From contig CM069162.1 in assembly GCA_035221665.1 (NCBI GenBank), positions 25,544,001-25,608,000 of the forward strand: a stretch of 64,000 nucleotides of DNA, given 5' to 3'. The position numbers were made by a program, and so were the translations under genes. The notes under the pieces were generated by a model, which saw only the letters and a program-made list of their open reading frames with translations, did not search any database and had not been told where the DNA came from. Shown one piece after another: positions 51,401 through 64,000 of the stretch; position 1 is the first letter of the stretch, and each line of letters begins with the position of its first letter. This stretch comes from Okamejei kenojei (Eukaryota).

Positions 51401-54400
51401 CCGTTTCAGAACCACATTTCACAACGCAATTTTCAGGCACGACACATTCCTCATCGGAATCATATTCCACATCAGTGAAAGCTTCCTCAACAACAGAACC
51501 TTCATCACAATCACATCCTACCGAAGCAGCATCCACAATTGCCACATCCTCTCTGGAAACAACTCCAAAAACCCAGCAAACTTCAAGAACTGAACTTTCA
51601 TCACAATCCAATCCAAACACAACCAATTATTCATCAGTCACCGAGTCCTCTTCTGAAACACATTTAACAACATCAAGTTTATCACAGCTAACTGAGTCCT
51701 CAACAGAAACATACTCCACATCGACACAGGTTTCATCAAAAACTGAATCACCCTCAGAAATCCATCAGACCACAGAAGTGCCTTCAAGCTCCTTGTCCTC
51801 ATCAAAAACACATCCAACAACATTACACGAATCATCATCAACAGAGCTTCCAACAACAGCATATCCAGCATTGACAACCGCTTCATCTGTTAGTGTGTCC
51901 CCATCTGAAACCCACCTAACAACAACACCACTATCATCGCCAACTCAGTCCTCAGCAGAGACCTATTCAACAACAGAAACATCCACAAACAAACCTTCAT
52001 CAGAAACACATCCAACAACAGTGGAATCGCCAAGCACACAGCATACAACTCAAGCACATCAAAGCTCAACTGAAGTTTCATCAGCCACTGTGTCGCCAGT
52101 TGAATCCCACTCCGCAACTTCATCACTTTCATTGGTTTACTGAATCCCCATCAGAAACACGTTCAACATCTGCACAAGCATCAGGGACAACTGAAACTTC
52201 ATCGGAATCCCATCCAACTACAGAGGCATCACGAATCACAATGTCCTCTTCAGAAAGACAGCCGACAGCACATGAATCATCAAGTACAGAGCAGTCAACA
52301 CAAACTCATGGAACAACATCAGAAATTCCCTCAGAAAGTGCGTCATCATCAAAATCCCTCGCAACAGCAACAACGTCACCTTTGGTCACTGAGAGCTCAG
52401 CGGTAACTTATTCTCAATCATCGCAAATTACATCCTCCAACAAATCTGCAATAATCTCATATCCAACGACAGAAGAATCATCGATCACCGTCTCCTCACC
52501 TGAAGCACATCAGACAAATACACAGGAACCTTATACATCGACTTATCCAAAGACAACACAAGCTTCAACAGAAACTATTTTGACAACAGAAACACATTTA
52601 ACAACACCAATCTCAAAGGAAACGGAGCCTCCATCAGTAACCTACCCATGCACAACAGAAGGCTTATCCACAACAGAATTTTCCTCACCAACACCGAATG
52701 GTAGACAGGCATCAGCAACCACATTGTCCACAGCTGAAACACGGTCAGAAAACGCAGGAATCAATAAGAACGGAGCATTCAACACAAACCATTGCAAGCA
52801 CGACACAGAATTCTTCAGAGAGTGTGTCCGTTTCAGAACCACATTTCACAACGCAATTTTCAGGCACGACACATTCCTCATCGGAATCATATTCCACATC
52901 AGTGAAAGCTTCCTCAAACAACAGAACCTTCATCACAATCACATCCTACCGAAGCAGCATCCACAATTGCCACATCCTCTCTGGAAACAACTCCAAAAAC
53001 CCAGCAATCTTCAAGAACTGAACTTTCATCACAACCAATCCAAACACAACCAATTATTCATCAGTCACCGAGTCCTCTTCAGAAACACATTTAACAACAT
53101 CAAGTTTATCACAGCTAACTGAGTCCTCAACAGAAACATACTCCACATCGACACAGGTTTCATCAAAAACTGAATCACCCTCAGAAATCCATCAGACCAC
53201 AGAAGTGCCTTCAAGCTCCTTGTCCTCATCAAAAACACATCCAACAACATTACACGAATCATCATCAACAGAGCTTCCAACAACAGCATATCCAGCATTG
53301 ACAACCGCTTCATCTGTTAGTGTGTCCCCATCTGAAACCCACCTAACAACAACACCACTATCATCGCCAACTCAGTCCTCAGCAGAGACCTATTCAACAA
53401 CAGAAACATCCACAAACAAACCTTCATCAGAAACACATCCAACAACAGTGGAATCGCCAAGCACACAGCATACAACTCAAGCACATCAAAGCTCAACTGA
53501 AGTTTCATCAGCCACTGTGTCGCCAGTTGAATCCCACTCCGCAACTTCATCACTTTCATTGGTTACTGAATCCCCATCAGAAACACGTTCAACATCTGCA
53601 CAAGCATCAGGGACAACTGAAACTTCATCGGAATCCCATCCAACTACAGAGGCATCACGAATCACAATGTCCTCTTCAGAAAGACAGCCGACAGCACATG
53701 AATCATCAAGTACAGAGCAGTCAACACAAACTCATGGAACAACATCAGAAATTCCCTCAGAAAGTGCGTCATCATCAAAATCCCCTCGCAACAGCAACAA
53801 CGTCACCTTTGGTCACTGAGAGCTCAGCGGTAACTTATTCTCAATCATCGCAAATTACATCCTCCAACAAATCTGCAATAGTCTCACATCCAACGACAGA
53901 AGAATCATCGATCACCGTCTCCTCACCTGAAGCACATCAGACAAATACACAGGAACCTTATACATCGACTTATCCAAAGACAACACAAGCTTCAACAGAA
54001 ACTATTTTGACAACAGAAACACATTTAACAACACCAATCTCAAAGGAAACGGAGCCTCCATCAGTAACCTACCCACGCACAACAGAAGGCTTATCCACAA
54101 CAGAATTTTCCTCACCAACACCGAATGGTAGACAGGCATCAGCAACCACATTGTCCACAGCTGAAACACGGTCAGAAACGCAGGAATCAATAAGAACGGA
54201 GCATTCAACACAAACCATTGCAAGCACGACACAGAATTCTTCAGAGAGTGTGTCCGTTTCAGAACCACATTTCACAACGCAATTTTCAGGCACGACACAT
54301 TCCTCATCGGAATCATATTTCCACATCAGTGAAAGCTTCCTCAACAACAGAACCTTCATCACAATCACATCCTACCGAAGCAGCATCCACAATTGCCACA

Positions 54401-57400
54401 TCCTCTCTGGAAACAACTCCAAAAACCCAGCAATCTTCAAGAACTGAACTTTCATCACAATCCAATCCAAACACAACCAATTATTCATCAGTCACCGAGT
54501 CCTCTTCAGAAACACATTTAACAACATCAAGTTTATCACAGCTAACTGAGTCCTCAACAGAAACATACTCCACATCGACACAGGTTTCATCAAAAACTGA
54601 ATCACCCTCAGAAATCCATCAGACCACAGAAGTGCCTTCAAGCTCCTTGTCCTCATCAAAAACACATCCAACAACATTACACGAATCATCATCAACAGAG
54701 CTTCCAACAACAGCATATCCAGCATTGACAACCGCTTCATCTGTTAGTGTGTCCCCATCTGAAACCCACCTAACAACAACACCACTATCATCGCCAACTC
54801 AGTCCTCAGCAGAGACCTATTCAACAACAGAAACATCCACAAACAAACCTTCATCAGAAACACATCCAACAACAGTGGAATCGCCAAGCACACAGCATAC
54901 AACTCAAGCACATCAAAGCTCAACTGAAGTTTCATCAGCCACTGTGTCGCCAGTTGAATCCCACTCCGCAACTTCATCACTTTCATTGGTTACTGAATCC
55001 CCATCAGAAACACGTTCAACATCTGCACAAGCATCAGTGACAACTGAAACGTCATCAGAATCCCATCCAACTACAGAGGCATCACGAATCACAATGACCT
55101 CTTCAGAAAGACAGCCGACAGCACATGAATCATCAAGTACAGAGCAGTCAACACAAACTCATGGAACAACATCAGAAATTCCCTCAGAAAGTGCGTCATC
55201 ATCAAAATCCCTCGCAACAGCAACAACGTCACCTTTGGTCACTGAGAGCTCAGCGGTAACTTATTCTCAATCATCGCAAATCACATCCTCCAACAAATCT
55301 GCAATAGTCTCACATCCAACGACAGAAGAATCATCGATCACCGTCTCCTCACCTGAAGCACATCAGACAAATACACAGGAACCTTTATACATCGACTTAT
55401 CCAAAGACAACACAAGCTTCAACAGAAACTATTTTGACAACCGAAACACATTTAACAACACCTATCTCAAAGGAAACGGAGCCTCCATCAGTAACCTACC
55501 CACGCACAACAGAAGGCTTATCCACAACAGAATTTTCCTCACCAACACCGAATGGTAGACAGGCATCAGCAACCACATTGTCCACAGCTGAAACACGGTC
55601 AAAAATACAGGAATCAATAGGAACGGAGCATTCAACACAAACCATTGCAAGCACGACACAGATTTCTTCAGAGAGTGTGTCCGTTTCAGAACCACATTTC
55701 ACAACGCAATTTTCAGGCACGACACATTCCTCATCGGAATCATATTCCACATCAGTGAAAGCTTCCTCAACAACAGAACCTTCATCACAATCACATCCTA
55801 CCGAAGCAGCATCCACAATTGCCACATCCTCTCTGGAAACAACTCCAAAAACCCAGCAATCTTCAAGAAACTGAACTTTCATCACAATCCAATCCAAACA
55901 CAACCAATTATTCATCAGTCACCGAGTCCTCTTCAGAAACACATTTAACAACATCAAGTTTATCACAGCTAACTGAGTCCTCAACAGAAACATACTCCAC
56001 ATCGACACAGGTTTCATCAAAATCTGAATCACCCTCAGAAATCCATCAGACCACAGAAGTGCCTTCAAGCTCCTTGTCCTCATCAAAAACACATCCAACA
56101 ACATTACACGAATCATCATCAACAGAGCTGACAACAACAGCATATCCAGCATTGACAACCGCTTCATCTGTTAGTGTGTCCCCATCTGAAACCCACCTAA
56201 CAACAACACCACTATCATCGCCAACTCAGTCCTCAGCAGAGACCTATCCAACAACACAAACATCCACAAACAAACCTTCATCAGAAACACATCCAACAAC
56301 AGTGGAATCGTCAAGCACACAGCATACAAACTCAAGCACATCAAAGCTCAACTGTAGTTTCATCAGTCACTGTGTCGCCAGTTGAATCCCACTCCGCAAC
56401 TTCATCATTTTCATTGGTTACTGAATCCCCATCAGAAACACGTTCAACATCTGCACAAGCATCAGGGACAACTGAAACTTCATCGGAATCCCATCCAACT
56501 ACAGAGGCATCACGAATCACAATGTCCTCTTCAGAAAGACAGCCGACAGCACGTGAATCATCAAGTACAGAGCAGTCAACACAAACTCATGGAACAACAT
56601 CAGAAATTCCCTCAGAAAGTGCGTCATCATCAAAATCCCTCGCAACAGCAACAACGTCACCTTTGGTCACTGAGAGCTCAGCGGTAACTTATTCTCAATC
56701 ATCGCAAATCACATCCTCCAACAAATCTGCAATAGTCTCACATCCAACAACGGAAGAATCATCGATCACCGTCTCCTCACCTGAAGCACATCAGACAAAT
56801 ACACAGGAACCTTATACATCGACTTATCCAAAGACAACACAAGCTTCAACAGAAACTATTTTGACAACAGAAACACATTTAACAACACCAATCTCAAAGG
56901 AAACGGAGCCTCCATCAGTAACCTACCCACGCACAACAGAAGGCTTATCCACAACAGAATTTTTCCTCACCAACACCGAATGGTAGAACAGGCATCAGCA
57001 ACCACATTGTCCACAGCTGAAACACGGTCAGAAACGCAGGAATCAATAAGAACGGAGCATTCAACACAAACCATTGCAAGCACGACACAGAATTCTTCAG
57101 AGAGTGTGTCCGTTTCAGAACCACATTTCACAACGCAATTTTCAGGCACGACACATTCCTCATCGGAATCATATTCCACATCAGTGAAAGCTTCCTCAAC
57201 AACAGAACCTTCATCACAATCACATCCTACCGAAGCAGCATCCACAATTGCCACATCCTCTCTGGAAACAACTCCAAAAAACCCAGCAAACTTCAAGAAC
57301 TGAACTTTCATCACAATCCAATCCAAACACAACCAATTATTCATCAGTCACCGAGTCCTCTTCAGAAACACATTTAACAACATCAAGTTTATCAAGCTAA

Positions 57401-60400
57401 CTGAGTCCTCAACAGAAACATACTCCACATCGACACAGGTTTCATCAAAAACTGAATCACCCTCAGAAATCCATCAGACCACAGAAGTGCCTTCAAGCTC
57501 CTTGTCCTCATCAAAAAACACATCCAACAACATTACACGAATCATCATCAACAGAGCTTCCAACAACAGCATATCCAGCATTGACAACCGCTTCATCTGT
57601 TAGTGTGTCCCCATCTGAAACCCACCTAACAATAACACCACTATCATCGCCAACTCAGTCCTCAGCAGAGACCTATCCAACAACACAAACATCCACAAAC
57701 AATCCTTCATCAGAAACACATCCAACAACAGTGGAATCGTCAAGCACACAGCATACAACTCAAGCTCATCAAAGCTCAACTGAAGTTTCATCAGTCACTG
57801 TGTCCCCAGTTGAATCCCACTCCACAACCTCATCATTTTCATTGGTTACTGAATCCCCTTCAGAAACACGTTCAACATCTGCACAAGCATCAGTGACAAC
57901 TGAAACTTCATCGCAATCCCATCCAACTACAGAGGCATCACGAATCACAATGTCCTCTTCAGAAAGACAGCCGACAGCACATGAATCATCAAGTACAGAG
58001 CAGTCAACACAAACTCATGGAACAACATCAGAAATTACCTCAGAAAGTGCGTCTTCATTAAAATCCCTCGCAACAGCAACAACGTCACCTTTGGTCACTG
58101 AGAGCTCAGCGGTAACTTATTCTCAATCATCGCAAATCACATCCTCCAACAAGTCTGCAATAGTCTCACATCCAACGACAGAAGAATCATCGATCACCGT
58201 CTCCTCACCTGAAGCACATCAGACAAATACACAGGAACCTTATACATCGACTTACCCAAAGACAACACAAGCTTCAACAGAAACTATTTTGACAACAGAA
58301 ACACATTTAACAACACCAATCTCAAAGGAAACGGAGCCTCCATCAGTAACCTACCCACGCACAACAGAAGGCTTATCCACAACAGAATTTTCCTCACCAA
58401 CACCGAATGGTAGACAGGCATCAGCAACCACATTGTCCACAGCTGAAACACGGTCAGAAACGCAGGAATCAATAAGAACGGAGCATTCAACACAAACCTT
58501 TGCAAGCACGACACAGAATTCTTCAGAGAGTGTGTCCGTTTCAGAACCACATTTCACAACGCAATTTTCAGGCACGACACATTCCTCATCGGAATCATAT
58601 TCCACATCAGTGAAAGCTTCCTCAACAACAGAACCTTCATCACAATCACATCCTACCGAAGCAGCATCCACAATTGCCACATCCTCTCTGGAAACAACTC
58701 CAAAAACCCAGCAATCTTCAAGAACTGAACTTTCATCACAATCCAATCCAAACACAACCAATTATTCATCAGTCACCGAGTCCTCTTCAGAAACACATTT
58801 AACAACATCAAGTTTATCACAGCTAACTGAGTCCTCAACAGAAACATACTCCACATCGACACAGGTTTCATCAAAAACTGAATCACCCTCAGAAATCCAT
58901 CAGACCACAGAAGTGCCTTCAAGCTCCTTGTCCTCATCAAAAACACATCCAACAACATTACACGAATCATCATCAACAGAGCTGACAACAACAGCATATC
59001 CAGCATTGACAACTGCTTCATCTGTTAGTGTGTCCCCATCTGAAACCCACCTAACAATAACACCACTATCATCGCCAACTCAGTCCTCAGCAGAGACTTA
59101 TCCAACAACACAAACATCCACAAACAAACCTTCATCAGAAACACATCCAACAACAGTGGAATCGTCAAGCACACAGCATACAACTCAAGCACATCAAAGC
59201 TCAACTGAAGTTCCATCAGTCACTGTGTCGCCAGTTGAATCCCACTCCGCAACTTCATCATTTTCATTGGTTACTGAATCCCCATCAGAAACACGTTCAA
59301 CATCTGCACAAGCATCAGTGACAACTGAAATGGCATCGGAATCCCATCCAACTACAGAGGCATCACGAATCACAATGTCCTCTTCAGAAAGACAGCCGAC
59401 AGCACATGAATCATCAAGTACAGAGCAGTCAACACAAACTCATGGAACAACATCAGAAATTCCCTCAGAAAGTGCGTCATCATCAAAATCCCTCGCAACA
59501 GCAACAACGTCACCTTTGGTCACTGAGAGCTCAGCGGTAACTTATTCTCAATCATCGCAAATCACATCCTCCAACAAATCTGCAATAGTCTCACATCCAA
59601 CGACAGAAGAATCATCGATCACCGTCTCCTCACCTGAAGCACATCAGACAAATACACAGGAACCTTTTACATCGACTTATCCAAGACGACACAAGCTTCA
59701 ACAGAAACTATTTTGACAACAGAAACACATTTAACAACACCAATCTCAAAGGAAACGGAGCCTCCATCAGTAACCTACCACGCACAACAGAAGGCTTATC
59801 CACAACAGAATTTTCCTCACCAACACCGAATGGTAGACAGGCATCAGCAACCACATTGTCCACAGCTGAAACACGGTCAGAAACGCAGGAATCAATAAGA
59901 ACGGAGCATTCAACACAAACCTTTGCAAGCACGACACAGAATTCTTCAGAGAGTGTGTCCGTTTCAGAACCACATTTCACAACGCAATTTTCAGGCACGA
60001 CACATTCCTCATCGGAATCATATTCCACATCAGTGAAAGCTTCCTCAACAACAGAACCTTCATCAGAATCTCATCCTACAATAGCAGCATCCACAATTGC
60101 CACATCCTCTCTGGAAACAACTCCAAAAACCCAGCAATCTTCAAGAACTGAACTTTCATCACAATCCAATCCAAAACACAACCAATTATTCATCAGTCAC
60201 CGAGTCCTCTTCAGAAACACATTTAACAACATCAAGTTTATCACAGCTAACTGAGTCCTCAACAGAAACATACTCCACATCGACACAGGTTTCATCAAAA
60301 ACTGAATCACCCTCAGAAATCCATCAGACCACAGAAGTGCCTTCAAGCTCCTTGTCCTCATCAAAAACACATCCAACAACATTACACGAATCATCATCAA

Positions 60401-63400
60401 CAGAGCTTCCAACAACAGCATATCCAGCATTGACAACTGCTTCATCTGTTAGTGTGTCCCCATCTGAAACCCACCTAACAATAACACCACTATCATCGCC
60501 AACTCAGTCCTCAGCAGAGACCTATCCAACAACACAAACATCCACAAACAAACCTTCATCAGAAACACATCCAACAACAGTGGAATCGTCAAGCACACAG
60601 CATACAACTCAAGCACATCAAAGCTCAACTGAAGTTCCATCAGTCACTGTGTCGCCAGTTGAATCCCACTCCGCAACTTCATCATTTTCATTGGTTACTG
60701 AATCCCATCAGAAACACGTTCAACATCTGCACAAGCATCAGTGACAACTGAAACGTCATCGGAATCCCATCCAACTACAGAGGCATCACGAATCACAATG
60801 TCCTCTTCAGAAAGACAGCCGACAGCACATGAATCATCAAGTACAGAGCAGTCAACACAAACTCATGGAACAACATCAGAAATTCCCTCAGAAAGTGCGT
60901 CATCATCAAAATCCCTCGCAACAGCAACAACGTCACCTTTGGTCACTGAGAGCTCAGCGGTAACTTATTCTCAATCATCGCAAATCACATCCTCCAACAA
61001 ATCTGCAATAGTCTCACATCCAACGACAGAAGAATCATCGATCACCGTCTCCTCACCTGAAGCACATCAGACAAATACACAGGAACCTTATACATCGACT
61101 TATCCAAAGACGACACAAGCTTCAACAGAAACTATTTTGACAACAGAAACACATTTAACAACACCAATCTCAAAGGAAACGGAGCCTCCATCAGTAACCT
61201 ACCCACGCACAACAGAAGGCTTATCCACAACAGAATTTTCCTCACCAACACCGAATGGTAGACAGGCATCAGCAACCACATTGTCCACAGCTGAAACACG
61301 GTCAGAAACGCAGGAATCAATAAGAACGGAGCATTCAACACAAACCTTTGCAAGCACGACACAGAATTCTTCAGAGAGTGTGTCCGTTTCAGAACCACAT
61401 TTCACAACGCAATTTTCAGGCACGACACATTCCTTATCGGAATCATATTCCACATCAGTGAAAGCTTCCTCAACAACAGAACCTTCATCACAATCACATC
61501 CTACCGAAGCAGCATCCACAATTGCCACATCCTCTCTGGAAACAACTCCAAAAACCCAGCAATCTTCAAGAACTGAACTTTCATCACAATCCAATCCAAA
61601 CACAACCAATTATTCATCAGTCACCGAGTCCTCTTCAGAAACACATTTAACAACATCAAGTTTATCACAGCTAACTGAGTCCTCAACAGAAACATACTCC
61701 ACATCGACACAGGTTTCATCAAAAACTGAATCACCCTCAGAAATCCATCAGACCACAGAAGTGCCTTCAAGCTCCTTGTCCTCATCAAAAACACATCCAA
61801 CAACATTACACGAATCATCATCAACAGAGCTTCCAACAACAGCATATCCAGCATTGACAACCGCTTCATCTGTTAGTGTGTCCCCATCTGAAACCCACCT
61901 AACAACAACACCACTATCATCGCCAACTCAGTCCTCAGCAGAGACCTATCCAACAACACAAAACATCCACAAACAAACCTTCATCAGAAACACATCCAAC
62001 AACAGTGGAATCGTCAAGCACACAGCATACAACTCAAGCACATCAAAGCTCAACTGAAGTTTCATCAGTCACTGTGTCGCCAGTTGAATCCCACTCCACA
62101 ACCTCATCATTTTCATTGGTTACTGAATCCCCTTCAGAAACACGTTCAACATCTGCACAAGCATCAGTGACAACTGAAACTTCATCAGAATCCCATCCAA
62201 CTACAGAGGCATCACGAATCACAATGTCCTCTTCAGAAAGACAGCCGACAGCACATGAATCATCAAGTACAGAGCAGTCAACACAAACTCATGGAACAAC
62301 ATCAGAAATTCCCTCAGAAAGTGCGTCATCATCAAAATCCCTCGCAACAGCAACAACGTCACCTTTGGTCACTGAGAGCTCAGCGGTAACTTATTCTCAA
62401 TCATCGCAAATCACATCCTCCAACAAATCTGCAATAGTCTCACATCCAACGACAGAAGAATCATCGATCACCGTCTCCTCACCTGAAGCACATCAGACAA
62501 ATACACAGGAACCTTTTACATCGACTTATCCAAAGACAACACAAGCTTCAACAGAAACTATTTTGACAACAGAAACACATTTAACAACACCAATCTCAAA
62601 GGAAACGGAGCCTCCATCAGTAACCTACCACGCACAACAGAAGGCTTATCCACAACAGAATTTTCCTCACCAACACCGAATGGTAGACAGGCATCAGCAA
62701 CCACATTGTCCACAGCTGAAACACGGTCAGAAACGCAGGAATCAATAAGAACGGAGCATTCAACACAAACCTTTGCAAGCACGACACAGAATTCTTCAGA
62801 GAGTGTGTCCGTTTCAGAACCACATTTCACAACGCAATTTTCAGGCACGACACATTCCTTATCGGAATCATATTCCACATCAGTGAAAGCTTCCTCAACA
62901 ACAGAACCTTCATCACAATCACATCCTACAATAGCAGCATCCACAATTGCCACATCCTCTCTGGAAACAACTCCAAAAACCCAGCAATCTTCAAGAACTG
63001 AACTTTCATCACAATCCAATCCAAACAAACCAATTATTCATCAGTCACCGAGTCCTCTTCAGAAACACATTTAACAACATCAAGCTTTATCACAGCTAAC
63101 TGAGTACTCAACAGAAACATACTCCACATCGACACAGGTTTCATCAAAAACTGAATCACCCTCAGAAATCCATCAGACCACAGAAGTGCCTTCAAGCTCC
63201 TTGTCCTCATCAAAAACACATCCAACAACATTACACGAATCATCATCAACAGAGCTTCCAACAACAGCATATCCAGCATTGACAACCGCTTCATCTGTTA
63301 GTGCGTCCCCATCTGAAACCCACCTAACAACAACACCACTATCATCGCCAACTCAGTTCTCAGCAGAGACCTATCCAACAACACAAACATCCACAAACAA

Positions 63401-64000
63401 ACCTTCATCAGAAAACACATCCAACAACAGTGGAATCGTCAAGCACACAGCATACAACTCAAGCACATCAAAGCTCAACTGAAGTTTCATCAGTCACTGT
63501 GTCGCCAGTTGAATCCCACTCCACAACCTCATCATTTTCATTGGTTACTGAATCCCCTTCAGAAACACGTTCAACATCTGCACAAGCATCAGTGACAACT
63601 GAAACTTCATCGGAATCCCATCCAACTACAGAGGCATCACGAATCACAATGTCCTCTTCAGAAAGACAGCCGAACAGCACATGAATCATCAAGTACAGCA
63701 GTCAACACAAACTCATGGAACAACATCAGAAATTCCCTCAGAAAGTGCGATATCATCAAAATCCCTCGCAACAGCAACAACGTCACCTTTGGTCACTGAG
63801 AGCTCAGCGGTAACTTATTCTCAATCATCGCAAATCACATCCTCCAACAAATCTGCAGTAGTCTCACATCCAACGACAGAAGAATCATCGATCACCGTTC
63901 CTCACCTGAAGCACAATCAGACAAATACACAGGAACCTTTTACATCGACTTATCCAAAGACGACACAAGCTTCAACAGAACCTATTTTGACAACAGAAAC
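48427..64000 (+). CDS. Giant mucin-type (PTS) exon, >15.5 kb, running off the window; single-base indels from ~51345 onward
   Basis: Acceptor ttgcattgatAG| is phase 1. About 970 uninterrupted codons of S/T/E/P/H-rich sequence, then the same peptide continues in shifting frames. No in-frame stops in the repeat consensus; essentially no Cys. Confidence 0.85.
48654..64000 (+). repeat. Coding tandem array, 1425-bp unit, ~10.8 copies
   Basis: VSVSEPHF starts at about 48654, 49971, 51397, 52824, 54249, 55677, 57105, 58532, 59955, 61380 and 62805. The indel-free period 57581 to 59006 is 1425 bp. Confidence 0.97.

Noticed and set aside
48757-63692. Recurrent minus-strand and alternate-frame ORFs (MKRLSML..., MVVFGLDC..., MNPTPQL...)
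   Set aside because: Shadows of the coding repeat. They recur only because the unit recurs.
48654-64000. Array read as a CRISPR array or non-coding satellite
   Set aside because: No unique spacers. The unit is a multiple of 3 with one stop-free S/T-rich frame and in-frame length variants.
13109-64000. Assigning a gene symbol (PODXL, HEG1, MUC or ADGRG-type)
   Set aside because: No conserved folded domain lies inside the window; only the signal peptide and PTS region are visible.

Overview
Vertebrate genomic DNA, most likely a cartilaginous fish (skate or ray). This is inferred from HE1-like tRNA SINEs, CR1 LINEs and abundant Penelope-derived repeats. The window appears to hold the 5' part of one large + strand gene. 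A CpG-rich region is followed by a 103-nt signal-peptide exon (13109-13211, missed by the ORF track), a ~35 kb repeat-filled intron, and a giant mucin-type exon (48427 to beyond 64000). That exon is built from ~10.8 tandem copies of a 1425-bp/475-aa Ser/Thr/Glu/Pro/His unit, broken by many single-base indels that look mostly like long-read errors. The intron contains a three-layer nest: a structurally complete DIRS1-type tyrosine-recombinase retrotransposon inside an L1-clade LINE inside an old CR1 fragment. It also holds a full-length CR1 with an esterase-type ORF1, a probable non-autonomous Helitron, SINEs and Penelope remnants with hammerhead-like motifs. Upstream lie a second, internally deleted L1 copy with a 17-bp TSD, a Rex1/Babar 3' end, a possible LTR, and candidate exons of a divergent minus-strand transcript. 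All calls come from reading the sequence; no searches were run.
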